A stretch of 63,271 bases of DNA, filler included, from Octopus bimaculoides (GCF_001194135.2; 5 parts of 5 records of this genome joined end to end with filler, not necessarily neighbours in it), one strand, 5' to 3'. Positions 11,334-22,240 are shown, numbered from the whole stretch's first letter. Notes: generated from the letters alone by a model not told the origin. Translations and numbers: made by a program.

Positions 11334-11713
11334 AATGCGAGACAAACATTCTGTGTCCTTAAGTTTTCAAACAGGTGAGATAAGCGCCTCCACCCAACAA
11401 AGCCAGTCCAGAGAGATTTAGAAATGCAATATTTCTAATTTTGAAAATCAGAGAATTTATTTCACTTGAAATTCTATAAGTTTTCAACAGCGATTTAGCA
11501 CTGACAGCTAGCAAAGCCAAGCTACTCTAGACTGATGAAGGGCAATTATTCTGAAACTAGTCTCTGAATGCTGGCCTTGTTGGGTGGAGGTGATTATTTC
11601 CCATCTGGAAACTTAAGGACACAGAACGCTTGTGTCGCATCACCAACTACAAAATGTGTTTCTTGGGGCTAAGTAGCAGTAGCATTCTTTCCTTTCCTGG
11701 GACTGCCACATTA
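11334..11713 (+). mobile_element. Hammerhead-containing repeat, copy 2: inverted 5' segment (11334-11415) plus permuted direct unit (11425-11713)
   Basis: 11425-11678 aligns to 6551-6806 and 11674-11713 to 6475-6514 (39/40). The reverse complement of 11334-11415 aligns to the sequence just after the cleavage site. Confidence 0.85.
11516..11575 (+). ncRNA. Type I hammerhead ribozyme with intact catalytic core
   Basis: GCC-A-AGC-TACT-CTAGA | CTGATGA (11532-11538) | AGGG-CAATTA-TTCT | GAAA | CTAG | TC^ TCTGA-AT-GCT-GGC. All conserved core residues are present; predicted cleavage after C11562. Stem II relies on two G-U pairs. Confidence 0.8.
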
Positions 11714-11842
11714 TTGCATAACTCTCTCTTAGAGATTTGCAAATGCAATAATTCTAAAAATAAAAATGATCGGCATTCTTTCGATACAAGTACTAGAAAT
11801 GTCAAGCGCACACGTGATCCCTCAAAAAACTCATCTCTTCTC

Positions 11843-11895
<53 letters not shown>
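11843..11895. repeat. (AAT)n microsatellite
   Basis: Directly visible. Confidence 0.98.
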
Positions 11896-11896
<1 letters not shown>

Positions 11897-12110
11897 CCTT
11901 TAATATAACAACAGCTGCGTCCGTCCGTCCGTCCGTCCGTCCGTCCCTCTGTCCGATGCCATCAGTAATTAGAAAGAGGAAAAGAGGTGAATGAAATAGA
12001 AAGACAGCGAAAGAAAGAAAGAAAGAATGAATGAATGAATGAATGAATTAATTAATTAATTAATTAATTAATGAAAGAAGGAAAGAGATATTGAGGAAGA
12101 GCGTGAGTCC
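11896..12110 (+). mobile_element. Helitron 5'-terminal segment related to Helitron B
   Basis: A|TCCTTTAATATAACAACAGCTGCGTCCG.. and CAGTAATTAGAAAGAGGAAAAGAGGTGAA..AAAGAGATATTGAGGA parallel 14700-14825. 5' TC after A is the Helitron rule. 3' end not found. Confidence 0.6.
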
Positions 12111-12714
12111 GTCACAACATATCAATAACGAAGGAAGGGGTGATAAAGAGAGAGAAAAAAACAATAGTAGAGTTAGAGAGAGAGAGNNNNNNNNNNNNNN
12201 NNNNNNNNNNNNNNNNNNNNNNNNNNNNNNNNNNNNNNNNNNNNNNNNNNNNNNNNNNNNNNNNNNNNNNNNNNNNNNNNNNNNNNNNNNNNNNNNNNNN
12301 NNNNNNNNNNNNNNNNNNNNNNNNNNNNNNNNNNNNNNNNNNNNNNNNNNNNNNNNNNNNNNNNNNNNNNNNNNNNNNNNNNNNNNNNNNNNNNNNNNNN
12401 NNNNNNNNNNNNNNNNNNNNNNNNNNNNNNNNNNNNNNNNNNNNNNNNNTGTGTGATTGTTTGTGTGTGCGTGTGTACTATAGAAGTGTAAGAGAATACT
12501 AAACGCTGATGTGTGCGCGTGTGTGTGTGTGCGTGTAAAAGGGAAGCATATGAATGTATGTATGAAACAGCGTCTGTTGTCAAAATGAAACTGAATTTTT
12601 TTCCTTCTTCTTTCACTGTTTTGAAATTTTATTTCATATCATAAATTGTAACTGAAACATAATCCATTGTTTTGAATGCAATATTTGCTTTGATGAGAAA
12701 ATATCATACATAGA

Positions 12715-14513
12715 AGAAAAAGAAAAAGCCTTCATGGATGAAGTGACACTTCTATCTATAGATAAGCAAATCATGCAGAGTGCCCTCTTGAAACTAGACG
12801 AGCTTGTGAGGTGGTCAAGGATGCGGTTTAGAGCAAAAAAAAAACAAAACAAAAAAAAAAGTCGGGTAGTCTGACATCTGTTATGGGAGTGCAGAAAGAA
12901 GTTAAGTTTCGAATAGCTGAAGAAAGCATTTCAATATTCAAAGAAGAACCCACCAAGAGCTTGGGGTGAGTATACACTGGGACATTGTCAGATAGGAGTC
13001 GCGGAATGGAAATTATGAAACAAGCCGAGGTTGGATTATCAGCGATTGATAACTCAAAGTTTGGTGCTTACAGTTCGGCTTGTGTCCGCGACTTTCGTGG
13101 CTACTTTTAATATACGAGTTCGGATCATTGAACAAGAATGTAATGTATTCATTAGAAAGTGACTAGGCCTACCTCGGATGTTGAACAGTTCAGCTCTTTA
13201 TCGTAAAAGATGCTCATTGCAGTTACCACGGGTGTCAATGGTCGAAATATATAAACTGGGGAAGGTACGAAAGGTGATGATGCTGAGAGAGTCGAAGGAC
13301 ATGGAAATCAGGCGTAATTCACTATAGGTGAAAACAGCCTGGAATTGGAAAGCAGAAGCAGAGGCTGATGACATCTTGTCTTCTCTTACACACCGAGATA
13401 TGGTGGGTGCAACGCAGAATCATCGGAAGGGAGTTGGTTTTGGCGCAGATCAGTTCAGACCGTTTGCAAGTTTGATGCGGAGCGAACGCAGATCTGTTGT
13501 TAGCAACAGCGTCAAAACGAGGGAAGCAGAGAGAAGAGAGCTTCATTTGGTCCTATATGTTCAACAAGGACAGATGACGAGATGGGAGGAACATGTTATT
13601 GAGAGGAAAATAAGTTGGGATGAGATTTGGAAGTGGACCACATCTCGGCTAAGTTTTCTGATTCGTACATCCGACGATGTTTTGCCATCACCTGCAAATC
13701 TAATAAGATGGAACGTCTCAGAGAATGATATATGCAAATGCGGAAAGGTCGGAACACTGAAACATATTCTTTCCAACTGTTCACTAGCATTGAACAGGTA
13801 TACATGGAGACACAACCTGGTCCTTAAGGTTATCTTCAATGCTATAAAGAGCCAAATTGATCTCAACAACAGTGGAAAAAAAGACCGTTGAAAGTACCAA
13901 CTAGAGATTTCATTACCTTCGTGCGCTCAGGACAGCGGATCCGTTTCAAGAACAACAAACTTCCTGTTAGCGATGAAAAGTGGAACGGCTATTGGGAGGT
14001 AACTACAGATTTACCAGGGTGCCAAGGACTCTTCCCCGTCCCAGTTACGAAAAAAACGGACATTTTAATGTGGTGTGAAGGAAAGAAAGTTATGAATCTA
14101 GTTGAGTTAACGGTTCCTCATGAAGATAACACGGACACCGCTCAGGTTCGAAAGATTGACCGTTATGTAAACCTCCTCGAGAAATGTGAAGACGCAGGCT
14201 GGAAAGCGGAGCATTTTCCAATAGAAGTCGGATGTAGAGGGTTTGTTGGACACAGTGTGAGACGACTGTTGTTATTGTTAGGCCTAACTCATCGTAACGT
14301 AAATACCACCATGACCGATATCCAAGCTACAATGGAAAAGACGAGCCACTGGATTTGGTTAAAAAGAGACGATGAGCGATGGCTAGAAGAATATTGGGCT
14401 TTATTTAATAACCAGTTGATCTAGCAAGCAGGGCTATGATCTAGCAAGCAGATCTATCAGTGAGTGGGGCCGGTACGCATTGATGCCATCGATAGGTAGG
14501 CCCCCTCCTGATA
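12715..14513 (+). mobile_element. HERO-like (RLE-type) non-LTR retrotransposon, 5'-truncated: RT C-terminus, Zn knuckle, restriction-like endonuclease, 3' UTR
   Basis: KAFMDEVTLL..WSRMRF..SRSL..EEPTKSLG*; WKAEAEADDILSSLTHRDMVG; QQGQMTRWEE..RKISWDEIW..FLIRTSDDVLPSPANL; CKCGKVGTLKHILSNC..RYTWRHNLVL; TDIL..ELTVPHE..RKIDRY..PIEVGCRGF..EKTSHWIWLKR. Frameshifted. Clade assigned from motif recall. Confidence 0.85.
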
Positions 14514-14699
14514 ACCCTATACACTTTTTGGCTTCTGATATGTGGAGTTCTCGACTGGTAGCACTTGCATGTGCAAGTTGTTTGCAAAACGTCTTTTCTT
14601 CCTCCAAGTTTGTTTTAAGTTCTTGCCGAGTGTCTTCCTGACACCTACAGAAAATAAACTCATTGTGTACATTGATAAGTCATATACCAAATTGTTCAA

Positions 14700-15226
14700 T
14701 CCTTACAATAATGACAGCTACGTACGTCCGTTTTGTTCCGTTTGACCAAAGCCTTCAGTAATTAGATAGAGGGAAAGAGGTGAATTAAATAGAGTGTGGA
14801 AGAAAGAAAGAGATATTGAGGAGGAGAGGAGAGAGAGGGAAGATAAACAGACAGAAAAACAAGATGTAGTAGATTGTTAAGCTACTGGTGTTAAGGAAAA
14901 TAGAAGGTGGATTAAATAAAGAGAGAAAGTGAAAGAAAGAAAGGAATAGCTCTGTCCACATATCTCTCTCTGCCTTATGCTGCCATGTGATCTCTGTTTG
15001 AATTCTTTTTCCTATCATGCTCACCGATACAAAACTTCTAACACAGCTTTTACTCTAACGCTTCATGAAAACAGTGATTCAAAATAGTGTTTCCAAGAGT
15101 TGGTGTAATTCTTAATATTTACCGTTACATGTGGGTACCGTTTCAATAGCTCTGTCAACGTATTCGTTATACTTTTTAATGTTCTTTCATTCATTCCTAT
15201 TTGTGAGTCTCAGATAAAAACAACAT

Positions 15227-15257
<31 letters not shown>

Positions 15258-17906
15258 CGCGCAAGTATTATGTGAATGTGAGAAAGTTTGGTTATTTTTA
15301 TACCTCACGCTGTGTAAATAAGATACCAATATTGTCATCATAATACAATCGCCTGTCTCACTATTATGTTTTTATTTTCATGCTATTCTATTTAATTAAT
15401 AGATATTTAATTAAGATTTGTCCATGGAAGAGGAAAGGTCCAATTATAGAAGACCTGCAAAATGTCTGAGTCGGCAATTACGAAAATTGAGGCAAACACA
15501 AGAACAGAAGGAAGAGCATCGTAAAAGGAACACAGAAAAATGGCGTCAGCTCCGTTTAACGCAGTCACAGAAGTGAAGAAAGCAAATTTTAGAACAAGAT
15601 GCTGCTCAGTATAGAAATGCAAGGCAACATCTATCACAAGAACAACGTGAACAGACTTTAGAACAAAATGCTACTCAGCATCGAAATGCAAGGCTACAAC
15701 TGTCACAAGAGCAACGTGAGCAGATTTTAGAACAAAATGCAGCACAACACAGAATACGTCGGTAAATCAGTAATAGGCTGACTCTTAATATAGCTCGACA
15801 ATATGATATAGATGGACTTCTACAGGTTCCCGTTGACGTTGCTCGCCATAGTGGAAGTGCGTTGCCACCACTGCAATGCTTTGATGTTTATTGGAGAGCG
15901 TACAGGAAGAACAATCGCAGTTTTGGTATATGCTGTAAATCAGGAATGATAAAAATTGAAAATATCCCTGAGTTATCTAACGAACTTGCTGACCTCTTTC
16001 TTTCTAATGCTACTGAAGTAAAATGTAATATTCGAAGGTTCAACAGCGCAATGGCAATGTGTTCTATGAAAGTAGATGATACTTCAATACTGAGAGGGAT
16101 TACAAATTACAGATTACATGGAATTCGTTATAGATTTATTGGAGTTCATAGAAACCATATAGGAACAGTCCTGTCTAGCTTACAAACGTATTTCTATGAT
16201 CATAAAGAACAAATAAGAAGACGAATGGAAAGAATGCCTCTTAACAATGCAAACCAAGCCTTCGATGTAAACATATTTCGAAAAATTCATTCTGCTATGA
16301 TATCTGTTGGAAATACTTACAATCTTTTCTATCTGTGCAGGAGCAAACTGACGCTGAAAATATTCCTGCTGATGTGTCAGTTGGCTTACATGCGGATAAA
16401 AAAACCTCATGGGGAACACTCCAGGAGATATAATCTACCAACATCTAATGAGCATGCTATTCTTATACCAAACAATCTTCATGAGGAAACGAATTGTTCA
16501 GAACGAATGGTCGTAACAAAATTCAGAGCAGTGAATAACCAAAAATCTTTGCAAATATTAAGTGACTCGCATCGATCATACGACACAATGATGTACCCGA
16601 GTTTTTTTCCTTCTGGCCTAGATGGGTGGCACCTTGGATTACTGAATGAAAATGGCAACTGTCAAATTTCAAAAGTTCAATTTTATTGTTATCACATCAT
16701 GAAAAGAACAAGAGCTACAAATATATTGCAATTAGGTCAGCATTTGTTTCAGCAATATTGTGTAGATCAATTTCCCAAAGTACAATCCACCCGTCTACGA
16801 TATGTTCGTAACAATGAAGCAACCTTAAGAGCTGATTTATATAATGGTTTACAAGATGCTATACTTGCAGGTGATACTGATCGTACAGGTCGTAAATATA
16901 TATTGCCAAGTTCATTTATAGGAAGTCCACGATATATGGCAAAACACTACCAGGATGCAATGGCCATAGTTAGAAAGTTTGGCAAACCTACTTTACTTTT
17001 GACTTTTACATGCAGCCCAAAATGATATGAAATAGTTAACGAGCTTTCTGTGGGCCACAAGGCGGTTGACCGACCAAGATATCACTACAAGAGTATTTAA
17101 ATTAACGCAACAGTAACTATTGCACGATATCAAATCAGGAGTCCTTGGGAAACTTATTGCTCATGTGAACACTGGAATTTCAAAATAGTGGATTACCTCA
17201 TTGCCGTTTCTTATTCATAATACAAAATCATCACAACACATGGCAAGAAATTAATAAAATTGTTACAACTGAACTTCCAAATCCCGAAAACCCATTGACG
17301 TCTCATCTTTATTCCTTGGTGAAGAAACACATGATACATGGACTCTGCGGAAAAGAAAATATAAATTCTCCCTGTATGGTGAATGGCGTTTGCACTAAAA
17401 GATATACAAAAGATTACAAATCACAAACCTTAACTGGAAATGATTCTTATCCACAATATCGTCGCCGAAACCCTCGAGATGCTGGCTTCACAGCTTCAAT
17501 ACGTATTGGAAATAGAGAAATTGTTGATAACCGTTATGTAGTTCTTTATAATGCTTGGTTGTTGCAGAAGTACGAGGCGCATATTAATCTTGAATGGTTT
17601 GTATCTATTAAGGCTGTGAAATATCTTTACAAGTACATTTTCAAAGGTGTTGACCATGCAACAGTTTCTTTACACAGACAAGAAGATGGCATGCATCTTA
17701 ATGTTGGCAACGAAAATCAAATGGATGAAATTTCGAATTACGAAAATTACCGCTATATTGGAGCGTCAGAGGCTTGCTGGAGATCATTTGAGTTTCCAAT
17801 TCAACAAAGGCAGCCTGCTGTTGAATGCTTGCCGATACACTTGTCAGATCAACAGCTGATTGTGTTTAATCTGAATCATGCACAAGAAATCGAAATTTAC
17901 ATGTAA
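14700..17906 (+). mobile_element. Helitron B: 5' terminus plus RepHel N-terminus and Rep domain; helicase half absent
   Basis: A|TCCTTACAATAATGACAGC 5' end, then Rep-region ORFs 15862-17025 and 17295-17906. No convincing hairpin-CTAG 3' end. Confidence 0.88.
15500..17906 (+). pseudogene. Helitron RepHel (HUH Rep) pseudogene
   Basis: GICCKSG, FNSAMAMCS, SDSHRSYDTMMYP, QQYCVD, LPSSFIGSPRYMAKHYQDAMAIVRKFGKPTLLLTFTCSP (motif 1), EFQNSGLPHCRFL (motif 2, HUH mutated, 17175-17219), YLYKYIFKG (motif 3), IGASEACWR. Confidence 0.95.
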
Positions 17907-18001
17907 CTTTTAATTCTTCATCGAGTGATATCAAAATTTCTCTATGTTCTGAGGCATCTTTTCTAAGTGAGGTACATCTGTGTAATTTGTCTGCAAGCAT
18001 A

Positions 18002-18108
18002 GGGTATAGTCTGGACAGGGGTATATTCTGGTTTGGTTGTCTGGAGTGGGTATAGCCTGGTCTAGCCCTGACTAGCTCCGGGTATAGTCTGGGCATGGGT
18101 ATATTTGG
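18002..18108. repeat. Cluster of five GGGTATAnnCTGG-like motifs
   Basis: Copies at 18002, 18019, 18048, 18080 and 18097. Confidence 0.7.
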
Positions 18109-19048
18109 GGCTGTTACACCGCCAATTTTCAATCCTGTTTAGACTTGTTGCGCCCACAGCCCCGCACCTATTGATAAAACCGCAGCGAGATACCTGCATT
18201 CAAGTACTACGTGTGCGCCCTACACGCATTGCCTCAAATGCATTCTATCTGTAAGTTTTTTTTAACACGTAAATTAGGGGTTCTGTGTAGTGCATGCATG
18301 TTCAATGGTTCCAGTTTTAGCAAAAACCAGAAAACCTAGTGTTTTGAACATTAAAAATCTGAAAATTGGCGACCCCTTCCCGGACCCCTAAAATCGCTTA
18401 GTAGACTCCAGTTTGAGAACCAAGGGTCTAGCTCATTTGCGTCATCGCTTCAGTTTCAATGGGGTTTTTTTCTATTTATAGACGAGTGCTAGATTGAGAG
18501 GCATTTAACTGCTTACGTTGAAGTGACGAATTACATAGCAAAATTGGTTAGATCTCTCTTTAGAACGTCTTTAAATTGAAGCTTTGGTTCTCTATTTGTC
18601 GTGTTATGCCCCTTGAGAACAACATGTAAGATAGAATAAGGTGTGCGGCTCTGGGCCAACAGAAGTTGCTCAATAGATTGTCATCAGCATAAAGAAATAT
18701 ATCAAAATTCGGAGCTTTGGTATATTTTTAAATTCGACCTTTCGATCATCTGGTGGGTTCGTATATTGAAAGATACTGCAGTTTTTTGGTCTTTCAAACT
18801 TTCAACATTCAGATTTTTCGTATTTTCCTGTCATACAACACTTGGATCCTCTGAAATTTGGTCTTATGACCCCAACCACATTCACACACACATACACACA
18901 CACGTATGTATGTTTCTCATAGAAATATATGGATGTACTCCAATAGATATTTTATATTGACAAAGCTAATATCAACGCCAACACCAACGCTAACACCGCC
19001 AATTTGACCTCTCTGATCTACACTCGTATACAAATTGACTTGTAAAGC

Positions 19049-19150
<102 letters not shown>

Positions 19151-19859
19151 TTCCCTCCTTGGCGCCCCCAGTCGACTGCACGAGTTGCTGGTACCTTGAG
19201 CCAGCTCTGTTAATACTTAAAGGCAAATTGATAAACAAGAGTAGAAAAATAGTTCCAGCATTGGTAGAAATAAGAGCCAACGGTGACTAGATACCTATAC
19301 AAAACACTAACTTCATGAGATTGACGAAAAATGAGGGAGCGAGCAAAAGTACCTTTCTATGGTGAGATAAACTCACAAAATGAAGAAAACAGATATATCC
19401 ATGTCACATGATTTCGAACTCTGATAATGATCTTAGTTCTCATCACTGGACCTTCCTGATACTCTGCACATCTTCTCTTCCTATTCTGTGTTTCTTGGAC
19501 TTCATCTGTATCTACCTCCTCTGTCTTCCTTCAGCTTCTCGTTGCTACTGCTTTCCTCCTGTCTCACCTCCATTGGTGTTTGGTTATCGAGAAGGGGGCA
19601 ATTTGCCTTAATATGGCCCTTCTTAATGCAGTGATAGTATGTGAGAGATCTTCCCTCCACTACCACATGAGCTCGCAGCCGACTGATACTACTTACTGAG
19701 CCTGTCCATTATTTATCAGTAGTGGACCAACCCACTTCTCGATTGAAATTAATATAATATATTCATTTCTTTATTAGCCACTGAGAGCCCAACATAGAGG
19801 AGACAGTACATGTACAGGAAAACAAGTGGGGACATAAAACATAAAAGAATGAATAAAAA

Positions 19860-20888
19860 TGAAAACTATCAGTCCCGTTAATTCCGAACATTCCACAAAT
19901 GCATGCAAGATGGTTTCCCTGTCCAACCCACACCTCGGACACGTCGGTGAGACGGCACTTCCGTGCCTTGACAGTTTATCACGAACAGGTAACGCCGCAC
20001 GGAAGCACTGCCAAGCCAAGGATTTCTGGTAATTGCCCAGGTACCCGGGCCCGAAAGTTCTCCGGAACAGGTTGATCAACTGATTTTCATCGTAGCCCAG
20101 GGTCTCCCCCAAGGCGTCTTCGGACTTAAACTCTACTAACCCGCTATAAAAATCCGCAGTGGAACTTCTATTGCCGGCATTGCCCGCCCGAGAGAGTAGC
20201 TGAAGTGCCTGTCGGCACTCCAATTGCCAGTCCCCCATCCTAGGTCTCTGCTTGATCCAATTACCAACGTCCGTTAAGGACGTTAATTGCGGAAGGTAGA
20301 ACCTGACATGCGGTGACCACACCTGCTCTCCATCCAGGTAAAGCCAGAGGTGCCTCAACCTTAACGCGAATTTTCGCATCCTCAGCCAAGGCATCCCTAG
20401 CCCACCCTTTAGCGGTTTCTGGCAACAGACAGAGCGCTTCACGAGTGGCTTTCCTCCCTTCCACAAAAAGCGGAAAAGGATTCTTTCCAACTTGTTTAGC
20501 TACAAATCGGGGCAAGGCACCACGGTCAGGCGGTAGGTGATAACCGATGCTATGAACATATGCACCACCTTCGCCTTTCCTAGCAAGGATAACGCCCGCC
20601 CAGACCAGGTCTGGGTTAGAGCAGTCACCTTGCTGGCCACCTCACTCCAATTTTTCTCTATCTGGAGGTCTGGTGCGAACCAGACTCCGAGCAGCTTAAC
20701 AGGACCTTCCGTCCAACGCCACACGACGTTATTGGATGGCATCGGCTTGCCTCTCCAGGTGCCGAGCTGCAAACCGATCGACTTGTCCTTGTTAACCTTT
20801 ACTCCTGCCACCGCCTCGTAACTTTGATAGCCTCTTCCACCGCTGGAAGCTGGCCCTCATCGGCCACGATGATGGAGATGTCATCCGC
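19860..20888 (-). mobile_element. L1/Tx1-clade LINE fragment (RT C-terminus to CCHC), cut by a gap
   Basis: ADDISIIV, AGVKVNKDKS..VKLLGVWF, LSLLGKAKVV..VITYRL, FLWKGGKPLVKRSVCCQKPLKGGLGMP, LPVRDKL..CPRCG..ETILHAFVEC. GC-rich relative to flanks. Confidence 0.9.
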
Positions 20889-20932
20889 NNNNNNNNNNNN
20901 NNNNNNNNNNNNNNNNNNNNNNNNNNNNNNNN

Positions 20933-20944
20933 TTAATTAATTAA
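20933..20944. other. Assembly gap marker TTAATTAATTAA inside N44-12-N44 (also 22934-22945, 36054-36065, 60457-60468)
   Basis: Identical 100-bp layout at four places; palindromic six-frame stop linker. Technical, not biological. Confidence 0.9.
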
Positions 20945-21118
20945 NNNNNNNNNNNNNNNNNNNNNNNNNNNNNNNNNNNNNNNNNNNNCACATATATATA
21001 ATGGAGAAATTATACAAAATGTATAAATAAATGATGAGTAAAGCACCGGCACAGTTTCGATTACCTGTTGTTATCCCTAAATTTATTACGGGAACTTCGT
21101 AGTGGCGGTTGGAGTAAC

Positions 21119-21651
21119 AATATTAATAAAATAGGAGATAGAATGTGTAATAGACTTTATTGGGTACAACACATATTTCGCCCTGTTCTGGGTCTTTTCA
21201 GGTACATCAATAAGAAATCTCACTAGAGATTTCTTGAGTCGTCTTACCTACTGCTATATGTCCAAAAGTTCAAATATGAATATGGAATGGATATATGCAT
21301 CTAAGCATGAACCCAAAAGAAAATTTTCGTATAAGTATTATCTTCCGTTCTGTTTCTACTTCCTTTTCTGTCTGTTAACAGTTGTTACAACAGCGAAAGT
21401 TGATTACGTCATTTTCTCTAAACTAGGAGGTATGCTTTCCACCGTCATATTTTGAAGTCTTCGCGTTTCAATAATTTTTCTGTTTTTACTCATTCTCGAA
21501 TTTGATAGACATATAGAAGTACATAAGCCGACTCAAGAAATCTGTGGTGAGACCTTTTATTGATGTACCTGGGGAGACCCAGAACGGGTCGAAACGTGTT
21601 GTACCCAAAAAAGCCTATTACACGTTTCGTCTCCTACTTTACTAATACTAT
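21119..21651. mobile_element. Divergent inverted pair of ~150-bp Penelope pseudo-LTR-like repeats, each with a degenerate minimal hammerhead
   Basis: The reverse complement of 21503-21651 aligns to 21119-21267. Right arm: GTAC-CTGGGGA-GACCC-AGAAC-GGGTC-GAAA-CGTGTT-GTAC (21565-21604). Left arm, minus strand: GTAC-CTGAAAA-GACCC-AGAAC-AGGGC-GAAA-TATGTGTT-GTAC-CCAATAAA. Confidence 0.7.
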
Positions 21652-21939
21652 ATAGATTTCCGATCAGGCTTTGCATGTTGCGATTAATATGCAGTGTTTT
21701 ATATATATATAAAACACTACCTATTAATCACAAGATGCAAGGCCTTCTCGGAAATCTAAAGACACTATTTTTAAGAGATCGTATTGATAGGTCAGTTATA
21801 TTTATGAACGCATTGGTCAACTCGAAGCTGATGGTATAACAAAAAAACATTTCTGAAAGTTCCTTCAAGTTCTTTACTCAATTTATGAAACTCAGAAAAA
21901 AGACAACTCATCAATCTGAGTACCTCGCTTGAACTTTAT

Positions 21940-22240
21940 TTTATTGACCTCGACAGGATCGATGAAAAAGTTGCCCTCAGCATGATTTGAACTCAGAACG
22001 TAAAGCCATGTGATATACTGGTCATTTTCCTCCCACGTTCTAACGATTCTGCTGGTTCTATCGTATACAAGTTTCAAAGTTTGGTATACGACCAAGAATT
22101 CTAGTGGATGGGGTTGCCCGATGACATCAACCCCAGGATTTGACTGGGATGAAAGTCAAAATTGATCCCTGTTGCATTTGAACTCACTACGCCAAGAACC
22201 GGAAGAAATAGCACAAAGTATTTCTTCAGACACTCTAATG
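21940..22240 (-). mobile_element. Two diverged SINE family B fragments
   Basis: TTTGAACTCAGAACGTAAAG..CTAACGATTCTGC (B and A boxes, reversed) and ACATCAACCCCAG. Confidence 0.6.
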
